From Balanoglossus misakiensis (Eukaryota; Animalia; Hemichordata), in the NCBI GenBank assembly GCA_040954595.2, contig CM082591.2:10061309-10125308 (forward strand): DNA of 64,000 nt, written 5' to 3'. Both the position numbers and the translations under genes were made by a program. The notes below the pieces were generated by a model. That model had not been told where the DNA came from and did no database searches. It was given only the letters and a program-made list of their open reading frames with translations. This document shows positions 12,101-23,654 of the stretch, piece by piece (position 1 is the first letter of the stretch; every line of letters begins with the position of its first letter).

Positions 12101-13152
12101 TGGCTAATCAAGGTTGACGCAAAGGTTGACCCTACCAAACAGTCAAAATTAATGGGCACGACACTGGCCACTAGCTCTGGCCTGGTTAAGCAATGCTGAC
12201 GCAAAGGTTGACCCCACCAAACACTCAAAATTAATGGGCACGACACTGGCCACTAGCTCTGGCCTGGTTAATCAATGCTGACGCAAAGGTTGACCCCACC
12301 AAACACTCAAAATTAATGGGCACGACACTGGCCTCTAGCTCTGCCCTGGTTAATCAATGCTGACGCAAAGGTTGACCCCACCAAACACTCAAAATTAATG
12401 GGCACGACACTGGCCACTAGCTCTGGCCTTGTTAATCAATGCTGACGCAAAGGTTGACCCCACCAAACACTCAAAATTAATGGGCACGACACTGGCCACT
12501 AGCTCTGCATGGCCTGGTTAATCAATGCTGACGCAAAGGTTGACCCCACCAAACACTCAAAATTAATGGGCACAACACTGGCCACTAGCTCTGCATGGCC
12601 TGGTTAATCAATGTTGACGCAAAGGTTGACCCCACCAAACACTCAAAATTGATGGGCACGACACTGGCCACTAGCTCTGGCCTGGCTAATCAATGTTGAC
12701 GCAAAGGTTGACCCCACCAAACACTCAAAATTGATGGGCACGACACTGGCCACTAGCTCTGCATGGCCTGGTTAATCAATGTTGATGCAAAGGTTGACCC
12801 CACCAAACACTCAAAATTGATGGGCACGACACTGGCCACTAGCTCTGGCCTGGCTAATCAATGTTGACGCAAAGGTTGACCCCACCAAACACTCAAAATT
12901 GATGGGCACGACACTGGCCACTAGCTCTGCATGGCCTGGTTCATCAATGTTGATGCAAAGGTTGACCCCACCAAACACTCAAAATTGATGGGCACGACAC
13001 TGGCCACTAGCTCTGCATGGCCTGGTTAATCAATGTTGACGCAAAGGTTGACCCCACCAAACACTCAAAATTGATGGGCACGACACTGGCCACTAGCTCT
13101 GCATGGCCTGGTTAATCAATGTTGACGCAAAGGTTGACCCCACCAAACACTC
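9116..13152. repeat. Satellite array, 78/82/86-bp monomers, about 48 copies
   Basis: Unit CACTCAAAATTAATGGGCACGACACTGGCCACTAGCTCTG(CATG)GCCTGGTTAATCAATGYTGACGCAAAGGTTGACCCCACCAAA; 82-bp period measured at 9362-9444. Confidence 0.98.
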
Positions 13153-14835
13153 TTTGGCTGTATTTCAATTTGTTCGTGGTAAATTAATTTTGTGGAGGTG
13201 ACCGGCACTGAAGCTCTTAGCTAGGATGAGGTGGGATGGAAAAATGCCCCATTTTAGCTGTTTTAAAATATACGACTATTTATAGACAAAAGGAAAATAA
13301 AACAAGCGCAAAAACATACCAAACTAGTTTTATTAATTAAAAATAAAAATTGCTGAGTAAAGGTTTTCATGTGGGCATTCACTTTGAACTTGCTAAATTA
13401 CTTTAAAGAGACAAAGTCGCTCTCTCTTTGACCTTTTGCGATGATGGAATGCTTGCTTGAAGTCTCTCGTGCAATAAATGATGTCGATTCATACATGTAT
13501 GGATGGTGTATAGGTGGTCGGAATTTACATGTCTTTGCCACGACCAAACCAACAACACGTAAAATCAAAGTTTGGGTCATGAAATCGAGTTTTGTTACAG
13601 TCTAGAATTTCATGCCACCCCTTATGGTCATATTATTCTTGGTTGGCAAAAGTGACAAGTAGTCAAGTTTCAACACAGGCAACATTTTCTTACAAACAAA
13701 CCACACAGAAGACATCAAAAGGGAGAGAATTATAGAATGGTCAATGTGTGAAAAGTTAAGATACGTAAAGTGGCCGGGTTCAACATTAACTCATCGACTT
13801 CATATCGTCTTCATGCCATGGTTTTTGCCTGCCCTGAAAGTTCCTGTCGTTGCAGAAGTGGTTTTGACAGAAAGAATTTAGTCTTCCGGGATGTTTGTGA
13901 TTATTTGAACACCAGACAATACAATGCAACCTTGACTTCCAAAATACTTACCGGCATTGCATTATCTTACCATGGTTAGGCCTACAGTGAACAAATTTTC
14001 AACAATATTTTCTGAGTTACCGCTGATATTTGTTTTGTAGTATGGATATTAAATTATACATCCCGATACAAAACAGAATGTTATAGAATCCTTCCTGAGT
14101 GATAATGAAAAAATTACCGGAATGCTACCGCCTAATCTATGGTTAGGGTTATTGCTATTATTTTATATCAGTAATCGACTTTGTGTATATCAATGTCATT
14201 TTCATAACGAAAATGAACTCGAGTCTAATGTAAACGTTACGAATTGATCGAAAGGCGCTCTGATGAATGTTAACACGAGTGCGCAGTGACAAGACATGCA
14301 TCGTGCATGACAGTGACAACAGTTCCTATAGAGCAGTTAAAAAATAAACCGGCCGTCCGTAAATTTATCAGCTATATTTTTTTTTATTTAGTCACGTTTT
14401 CCCTGTTGCATGCTATTAGTTCAGGGGCCAGTTTTAGCAGTGCTCTATTGAGTACTTTCGTATCGATGGATTGATCTCTCGTCCAATCAGAATGGCGGAT
14501 GGTAGCATGATCCGACATATTGCGTATTACAATAGGGCTTCCTCATACAGGTCAGAACGGAGAGGTCATTCCTTTTATTTTAGGACGTCTCAGCTCCTTT
14601 GTCTTTTCTGTTATAGTGTTAAAGAAATCAAACGGTTTTGTTTTGGCCGGTAAACACCGATGGATTAACTCTTAAGTCCATCGTGCATCCAAACGCAGTC
14701 GAGTCGGTTTGGTCATTGTTTATGCGACAGTAAATGCCAAATGTGACAGAAGCATCATATTAAATGAGATAGAATACACAAACAAACAAACATACGAATA
14801 AACAAACAGGTAAACAAACAAACAAACAACCATTA

Positions 14836-15085
14836 GGGACTGTTCAGAATTTACTTCCAAGTTGGGGATGGAGGATTTTTTACTTTCCTGGTGATTTTTT
14901 TCCATGGTCTCCCCTAGTAAATTGTGGAGGAAATATGTGGTCCCTCCTTAAATTTCCTGGGGATTTTCCATGGTCCCCCTATTGTGACTTTTATGTCTAG
15001 TCTCCCCTAATTTGTCTTGGAGAAAATGGGTGGTCTCCCCCTCTGAAAATTCTCCGCCCCCTGGAAGTAAATTCTGAACAGTCCC
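14836..15085. mobile_element. PIF/Harbinger-type MITE (~250 bp), one per macrosatellite unit
   Basis: 24-bp TIR GGGACTGTTCAGAATTTACTTCCA / TGGAAGTAAATTCTGAACAGTCCC flanked by TTA on both sides (14833-14835 and 15086-15088). Confidence 0.85.
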
Positions 15086-15189
15086 TTATTAAAGCCAACA
15101 GCTAGCACCATGGCTTCTCTGCCAGAGGAGCGATAACATCGACAAAATGCAGATACACAAGAAATGAGCACTTTATTCCACAAGTGAAG

Positions 15190-15277
15190 TAGTCTGTTCC
15201 CTGCCCCATTCCCACCGCTGGCTGCGCCCTTTAGCGTAGCGCCGATGGCAGTGGGAATGGGGCAGGGGACCAGACTA
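15190..15277. mobile_element. 88-bp Academ (AcademH-type) non-autonomous mini-element, one per unit
   Basis: TAGTCTG...CAGACTA termini, a ~26-bp near-perfect TIR, and a 9-bp direct repeat CAAGTGAAG on both sides (15181-15189 and 15278-15286). TAG..CTA ends with a 9-10-bp TSD are characteristic of AcademH. Confidence 0.75.
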
Positions 15278-18200
15278 CAAGTGAAGAACCCCAGTAACAG
15301 ACGTAACGAACAAACAAACTACATGTACTAACAACAAAGCAAGAAAAGTGTCAAGCGTCGTCAAAGAAAACGAAAAAGTTCTAGCATGGTTGGTAAAAGT
15401 TATTGGTGGAAAACGAATAGGGCCTTCTACAAATGAGGTCTCAGACCCGTAAACGCCACCAGAACACAAAACACATGCACAGAACAGTTTAAGCCGGTTG
15501 TTGTATGGAGCAGCAATAATCTGCGGTTGGGCCGTCGTAGATTTTCGCTGGTGGTGAAAATAAATAAAACACGATCGATGTTCGATTTATTCCAGATCAC
15601 ATGCGTTTACGGCCAGGAGAGAGCATAAAAGTCTTCAAATAACCATGTGGTGGCGCACTTTTTCCGATTGGCTGTATTTCAATTTGTTCGTGGTAAATTA
15701 ATTTTGTGGAGGTGACCGGCACTGAAGCTCTTAGCTAGGATGAGGTGGGATGGAAAAATGCCCCATTTTAGCTGTTTTAAAATATACGACTATTTATAGA
15801 CAAAAGGAAAATAAAACAAGCGCAAAAACATACCAAACCTAGTTTTATTAATTAAAAACAAAATTGCTGAGTAAAGGTTTTCATGTGGGCATTCACTTTG
15901 AACTTGCTAAATTAATTAAAAGAGACGAAGTCGCTCTCTCTTTGTCCTTTTGCGATGATAGAATGCTTGCTTGAAGTCTCTCGTGCAATAAATGATGTCG
16001 ATTCATACATGTATGGATGGTGTATAGGTGGTCGGAATTTACATGTCTTTGCCACGACCAAACCAACAACACGTAAAATCAAAGTTTGGGTCATTAAATC
16101 GAGTTTTGTTACAGTCTAGAATTTCATGCCACCCCTTATGGTCATATTATTCTTGGTAGGCAAAAGTGACAAGTAGTCACGTTATAACACAGGCAACATT
16201 TTTTACAAACAAACCACACAGAAGACATCAAAAGGGAGAGAATTATAGAATGGTCAATGTGTGAAAAGTTAAGATACGTAAAGTGGCCGGGTTCAACATT
16301 AACTCATCGACTTCATATCGTCTTCATGCCATGGTTTTTGCCTGCCCTGAAAGTTCCTGTCGTTGCAGAAGTGGTTTTGACAGAAAGAATTTAGTCTTCC
16401 GGGATGTTTGTGATTATTTGAACACCAGACAATACAATGCAACCTTGACTTCCAAAATACTTACCGGCATTGCATTATCTTACCATGGTTAGGCCTACAG
16501 TGAACAAATTTTCAACAATATTTTCTGAGTTACCGCTGATATTTGTTTTGTAGTATGGATATTAAATTATACATCCCGATACAAAACAGAATGTTATAGA
16601 ATCCTTCCTGAGTGATATTGAAAAAATTACCGGAATGCTACCGCCTAATCTATGGTTAGGGTTATTGCTATTATTTTATATCAGTAATCGACTTTGTGTA
16701 TATCAATGTCATTTTCATAACGAAAATGAACTCGAGTCTAATGTAAACGTTACGAATTGATCGAAAGGCGCTCTGATGAATGTTAACACGAGTGCGCAGT
16801 GACAAGACATGCATCGTGCATGACAGTGACAACAGTTCCTATAGAGCAGTTAAAAAATAAACCGGCCGTCCGTAAATTTATCAGCTATATTTTTTTTATT
16901 TAGTCACGTTTTCCCTGTTGCATGCTATTAGTTCAGGGGCCAGTTTTAGCAGTGCTCTATTGAGTACTTTCGTATCGATGGATTGATCTCTCGTCCAATC
17001 AGAATGGCGGATGGTAGCATGATCCGACATATTGCGTATTACAATAGGGCTTCCTCATACAGGTCAGAACGGAGAGGTCATTCCTTTTATTTTAGGACGT
17101 CTCAGCTCCTTTGTCTTTTCTGTTATAGTGTTAAAGAAATCAAACGGTTTTGTTTTGGCCGGTAAACACCGATGGATTAACTCTTAAGTCCATCGTGCAT
17201 CCAAACGCAGTCGAGTCGGTTTGGTCATTGTTTATGCGACAGTAAATGCCAAATGTGACAGAAGCATCATATTAAATGAGATAGAATACACAAACAAACA
17301 AACATACGAATAAACAAACAGGCAAACAAACAAACAAACAACCATTAGGGACTGTTCAGAATTTACTTCCAAGTTGGGGATGGAGGATTTTTTATTTTCC
17401 TGGTGATTTTTTTCCATGGTCTCCCCTAGTAAATTGTGGAGGAAATATGTGGTCCCTCCTTAAATTTCCTGGGGATTTTCCATGGTCCCCCTATTGTGAC
17501 TTTTATGTCTAGTCTCCCTTAATTTGTCTTGGAGAAAATGGGTGGTCTCCCCCTCTGAAAATTCTCCGCCCCCTGGAAGTAAATTCTGAACAGTCCCTTA
17601 TTAAAGCCAACAGCTAGCACCCTGGCTTCTCTGCCAGAGGAGCGATAACATCGACAAAATGCAGATACACAAGAAATGAGCACTTTATTCCACAAGTGAA
17701 ATAGCCTGTTCCCTGCCCCATTCCCACCGCTGGCTGCGCCCTTTAGCGTAGCGCCGATGGCAGTGGGAATGGGGCAGGGGACCAGACTACAAGTGAAGAA
17801 CCCCAGTAACAGACGTAACGAACAAACAAACTACATGTACTAACAACAAAGCAAGAAAAGTGTCAAGCGTCGTCAAAGAAAACGAAAAAGTTCTAGCATG
17901 GTTGGTAAAAGTTATTGGTAGAAAACGAATAGGGCCTTCTACAAATGACGTCTCAGACCCGCAAACGCCACCAGAACACAAAACACATGCACAGAGCAGT
18001 TTAAGCCGGTTGTTGTATGGAGCAGCAATAATCTGCGGTTGGGCCGTCGTAGATTTTCGCTGGTGGTGAAAATAAATAAAACACGATCGATGTTCGATTT
18101 ATTCCAGATCACATGCGTTTACGGCCAGGAGAGAGCATAAAAGTCTTCAAATAACCATGTGGTGGCGCATATTTTCCGATTGGCTGTATTTCAATTTGTT

Positions 18201-21200
18201 CGTGGTAAATTAATTTTGTGGAGGTGACCGGCACTGAAGCTCTTAGCTAGGATGAGGTGGGATGGAAAAATGCCCCATTTTAGCTGTTTTAAAATATACG
18301 ACTATTTATAGACAAAAGGAAAATAAAACAAGCGCAAAAACATACCAAACCTAGTTTTATTAATTAAAAACAAAATTGCTGAGTAAAGGTTTTCATGTGG
18401 GCATTCACTTTGAACTTGCTAAATTAATTAAAAGAGACAAAGTCGCTCTCTCTTTGTCCTTTTGCGATGATAGAATGCTTGCTTGAAGTCTCTCGTGCAA
18501 TAAATGATGTCGATTCATACATGTATGGATGGTGTATAGGTGGTCGGAATTTACATGTCTTTGCCACGACCAAACCAACAACACGTAAAATCAAGTTTGG
18601 GTCATTAAATCGAGTTTTGTTACAGTCTAGAATTTCATGCCACCCCTTATGGTCATATTATTCTTGGTAGGCAAAAGTGACAAGTAGTCAAGTTTCAACA
18701 CAGGCAACATTTTTTACAAACAAACCACAAAGAAGACATCAAAAGGGAGAGAATTATAGAATGGTCAATGTGTGAAAAGTTAAGATACGTAAAGTGGCCG
18801 GGTTCAACATTAACTCATCGACTTCATATCGTCTTCATGCCATGGTTTTTGCCTTCCCTGAAAGTTCTTGTCGTTGCAGAAGTGGTTTTGACAGAAAGAA
18901 TTTAGTCTTCCGGGATGTTTGTGATTATTTGAACACCAGACAATACAATGCAACCTTGACTTCCAAAATACTTACCGGCATTGCATTATCTTACCATGGT
19001 TAGGCCTACAGTGAACAAATTTTCAACAATATTTTCTGAGTTACCGCTGATATTTGTTTTGTAGTATGGATATTAAATTATACATCCCGATACAAAGCAG
19101 AATGTTATAGAATCCTTCCTGAGTGATATTGAAAAAATTACCGGAATGCTACCGCCTAATCTATGGTTAGGGTTATTGCTATTATTTTATATCAGTAATC
19201 GACTTTGTGTATATCAATGTCATTTTCATAACGAAAATGAACTCGAGTCTAATGTAAACGTTACGAATTGATCGAAAGGCGCTCTGATGAATGTTAACAC
19301 GAGTGCGCAGTGACAAGACATGCATCGTGCATGACAGTGACAACAGTTCCTATAGAGCAGTTAAAAAATAAACCGGCCGTCCGTAAATTTATCAGCTATA
19401 TTTTTTTTATTTAGTCACGTTTTCCCTGTTGCATGCTATTAGTTCAGGGGCCAGTTTTAGCAGTGCTCTATTGAGTACTTTCGTATCGATGGATTGATCT
19501 CTCGTCCAATCAGAATGGCGGATGGTAGCATGATCCGACATATTGCGTATTACAATAGGGCTTCCTCATACAGGTCAGAACGGAGAGGTCATTCCTTTTA
19601 TTTTATGACGTCTCAGCTCCTTTGTCTTTTCTGTTATAGTGTTAAATAAATCAAACGGTTTTGTTTTGGCCGGTAAACACCGATGGATTAACTCTTAAGT
19701 CCATCGTGCATCCAAACGCAGTCGAGTCGGTTTGGTCATTGTTTATGCGACAGTAAATGCCAAATGTGACAGAAGCATCATATTAAATGAGATAGAATAC
19801 ACAAACAAACAAACATACGAATAAACAAACAGGCAAACAAACAAACAAACAACCATTAGGGACTGTTCAGAATTTACTTCCAAGTTTGGGATGGAGGATT
19901 TTTTATTTTCCTGGTGATTTTTTTCCATGGTCTCCCCTAGTAAATTGTGGAGGAAATATGTGGTCCCTCCTTAAATTTCCTGGGGATTTTCCATGGTCCC
20001 CCTATTGTGACTTTTATGTCTAGTCTCCCCTAATTTGTCTTGGAGAAAATGGGTGGTCTCCCCCTCTGAAAATTCTCCGCCCCCTGGAAGTAAATTCTGA
20101 ACAGTCCCTTATTAAAGCCAACAGCTAGCACCCTGGCTTCTCTGCCAGAGGAGCGATAACATCGACAAAATGCAGATACACAAGAAATGAGCACTTTATT
20201 CCACAAGTGAAGTAGTCTGTTCCCTGCCCCATTCCCACCGCTGGCTGCGCCCTTTAGCGTAGCGCCGATGGCAGTGGGAATGGGGCAGGGGACCAGACTA
20301 CAAGTGAAGAACCCCAGTAACAGACGTAACGAACAAACAAACTACATGTACTAACAACAAAGCAAGAAATGTGTCAAGCGTCGTCAAAGAAAACGAAAAA
20401 GTTCTAGCATGGTTGGTAAAAGTTATTGGTAGAAAACGAATAGGGCCTTCTACAAATGACGTCTCAGACCCGCAAACGCCACCAGAACACAAAACACATG
20501 CACAGAACAGTTTAAGCCGGTTGTTGTATGGAGCAGCAATAATCTGCGGTTGGGCCGTCGTAGATTTTCGCTGGTGGTGAAAATAAATAAAACACGATCG
20601 ATGTTCGATTTATTCCAGATCACATGCGTTTACGGCCAGGAGAGAGCATAAAAGTCTTCAAATAACCATGTGGTGGCGCACTTTTTCCGATTGGCTGTAT
20701 TTCAATTTGTTCGTGGTAAATTAATTTTGTGGAGGTGACCGGCACTGAAGCTCTTAGCTAGGATGAGGTGGGATGGAAAAATGCCCCATTTTAGCTGTTT
20801 TAAAATATACGACTATTTATAGACAAAAGGAAAATAAAACAAGCGCAAAAACATACCAAACCTAGTTTTATTAATTAAAAACAAAATTGCTGAGTAAAGG
20901 TTTTCATGTGGGCATTCACTTCGAACTTGCTAAATTAATTAAAAGAGACAAAGTCGTTCTCTCTTTGTCCTTTTGCGATGATAGAATGCTTGCTTGAAGT
21001 CTCTCGTGCAATAAATGATGTCGATTCATACATGTATGGATGGTGTATAGGTGGTCGGAATTTACATGTCTTTGCCACGACCAAACCAACAACACGTAAA
21101 ATCAAAGTTTGGGTCATTAAATCGAGTTTTGTTACAGTCTAGAATTTCATGCCACCCCTTATGGTCATATTATTCTTGGTAGGCAAAAGTGACAAGTAGT

Positions 21201-22818
21201 CAAGTTTCAACACAGGCAACATTTTTTACAAACAAACCACAAAGAAGACATCAAAAGGGAGAGAATGATAGAATGGTCAATGTGTGAAAAGTTAAGATAC
21301 GTAAAGTGGCCGGGTTCAACATTAACTCATCGACTTCATATCGTCTTCATGCCATGGTTTTTGCCTGCCCTGAAAGTTCTTGTCGTTGCAGAAATGGTTT
21401 TGACAGAAAGAATTTAGTCTTCCGGGATGTTTGTGATTATTTGAACACCAGACAATACAATGCAACCTTGACTTCCAAAATACTTACCGGCATTGCATTA
21501 TCTTACCATGGTTAGGCCTACAGTGAACAAATTTTCAACAATATTTTCTGAGTTACCGCTGATATTTGTTTTGTAGTATGGATATTAAATTATACATCCC
21601 GATACAAAACAGAATGTTATAGAATCCTTCCTGAGTGATATTGAAAAAATTACCGGAATGCTACCGCCTAATCTATGGTTAGGGTTATTGCTATTATTTT
21701 ATATCAGTAATCGACTTTGTGTATATCAATGTCATTTTCATAACGAAAATGAACTCGAGTCTAATGTAAACGTTACGAATTGATCGAAAGGCGCTCTGAT
21801 GAATGTTAACACGAGTGCGCAGTGACAAGACATGCATCGTGCGTGACAGTGACAACAGTTCCTATAGAGCAGTTAAAAAATAAACCGGCCGTCCGTAAAT
21901 TTATCAGCTATATTTTTTTTTATTTAGTCACGTTTTCCCTGTTGCATGCTATTAGTTCAGGGGCCAGTTTTAGCAGTGCTCTATTGAGTACTTTCGTATC
22001 GATGGATTGATCTCTCGTCCAATCAGAATGGCGGATGGTAGCATGATCCGACATATTGCGGATTACAATAGGGCTTCCTCATACAGGTCAGAACGGAGAG
22101 GTCATTCCTTTTATTTTAGGACGTCTCAGCTCCTTTGTCTTTTCTGTTATAGTGTTAAAGAAATCAAACGGTTTTGTTTTGGCCGGTAAACACCGATGGA
22201 TTAACTCTTAAGTCCATCGTGCATCCAAACGCAGTCGAGTCGGTTTGGTCATTGTTTATGCGACAGTAAATGCCAAATGTGACAGAAGCATCATATTAAA
22301 TGAGATAGAATACACAAACAAACAAACATACGAATAAACAAACAGGCAAACAAACAAACAAACAACCATTAGGGACTGTTCAGAATTTACTTCCAAGTTG
22401 GGGATGGAGGATTTTTTATTTTCCTGGTGATTTTTTTCCATGGTCTCCCCTAGTAAATTGTGGAGGAAATATGTGGTCCCTCCTTAAATTTCCTGGGGAT
22501 TTTCCATGGTCCCCCTATTGTGACTTTTATGTCTAGTCTCCCCTAATTTGTCTTGGAGAAAATGGGTGGTCCCCCCCCCCCTCTGAAAATTCTCCGCCCC
22601 CTGGAAGTAAATTCTGAACAGTCCCTTATTAAAGCCAACAGCTAGCACCCTGGCTTCTCTGCCAGAGGAGCGATAACATCGACAAAATGCAGATACACAA
22701 GAAATGAGCACTTTATTCCACAAGTGAAGTAGCCTGTTCCCTGCCCCATTCCCACCGCTGGCTGCGCCCTTTAGCGTAGCGCCGATGGCAGTGGGAATGG
22801 GGCAGGGGACCAGACTAC

Positions 22819-23318
22819 TGTTACCGTCTCCTAATTCGTCGTTATTTCGATGTAGACTCTTACTCACTGTCAGTTCGTAGAGTCTAAAGTCAGTTGAGGT
22901 ACCACTCAGGATCGTAATACTTTCAGTAACTGAGACGGACACAAAGTGTTCAATTTCAAATCATCAACTCAGGCTTTAATCATCGAACCGTTACTCAAGG
23001 CTCCTCCAAGTTGAATCAACTCAAAAGTGTACAATACTCATATTCTAAAGTCAAAATTGCATCAGCTTACAATGAGTCATTTTCTAAAATTAGAAAGTTC
23101 AATGCTCTATGCTGGATCATACGATGTTCATCTCTAGGTAATAAAATCATAATATCGTCATAGTATTTGTTGTATCTAGGTAATAAAATTCCAACGCCAT
23201 CGCCGCTTGACTCCAACACGTGAGGTACGCTGTAATTTTGGTTCCAGGGACCACAATAATTTTATTTATTACGCAACCAAACAAAACGGTTAAAATGCGG
23301 GTGTATGAGGGCGTAACA
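22819..23318 (-). repeat. 3' LTR
   Basis: Direct repeat of 30732-31231; only one substitution noticed (ATCAGCTT vs ATCAACTT). Confidence 0.96.
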
Positions 23319-23333
23319 CTCTTCCACCCTTTT
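23319..23333 (-). promoter_or_regulatory. Polypurine tract (PPT)
   Basis: Minus strand AAAAGGGTGGAAGAG directly abuts the 3' LTR. Confidence 0.9.
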
Positions 23334-23495
23334 AATAACCAGCGTCCTCGCTGGTCCAAATGAAGATCGGCGGGACGTTGAACTTCTATGTCCTAGGAGA
23401 GTAATAATTCCAATAAATTCTCGTATCTAAATAACTCAAAATAAAAAGAAAATACATGAGATGATTAATATGGGTAAATAATAGTTAACATAGTA

Positions 23496-23531
<36 letters not shown>

Positions 23532-23654
23532 AATTAAAATGCCTCATAATATGTATGTCAATTCTAAAAATACATAATTCTTATTTCTAAAGTAAATATA
23601 TGGGAAAACTAGTGACATGTTCAACAATCTATTCATAATTCTACGAGCAAACCG

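Noticed and set aside
6698-13152. CRISPR-like appearance of the 50-bp and 82-bp arrays
   Set aside because: Head-to-tail repeats without unique spacers, eukaryotic context, no cas genes.
13158-13200. SL-RNA-like GTG|GTAAATT...AATTTTGTGG (donor plus Sm-like site)
   Set aside because: No convincing SL stem-loops; the segment resembles a decayed CTGTA...TTCGTGG Tc1-MITE end. Could be revisited if mRNA 5' ends match it.
13944-13980. U1 snRNA-like start ATACTTACCGGCA
   Set aside because: No U1 stem-loops or Sm site follow at the right spacing; better explained as a minus-strand 5' splice-site motif or chance.
14020-14155. Telomerase-RNA-like template TAACCCTAAC and AAAACAAATATCAGC on the minus strand
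   Set aside because: No U-rich/GCTGA pseudoknot strand between them; a single short telomere-like motif is expected by chance.
14245-14290. Hammerhead-like CGAAA...CTGATGA motif in each unit
   Set aside because: Only 6 nt separate GAAA from CUGAUGA and no GAAA follows a stem II, so the three-helix core cannot form. No box D partner for a C/D snoRNA either.
22484-22942. 152-aa ORF across the LTR/macrosatellite junction, and antisense ORFs within gag/pol/RT
   Set aside because: Chance read-through from the LTR and shadow frames of the real retroelement genes.
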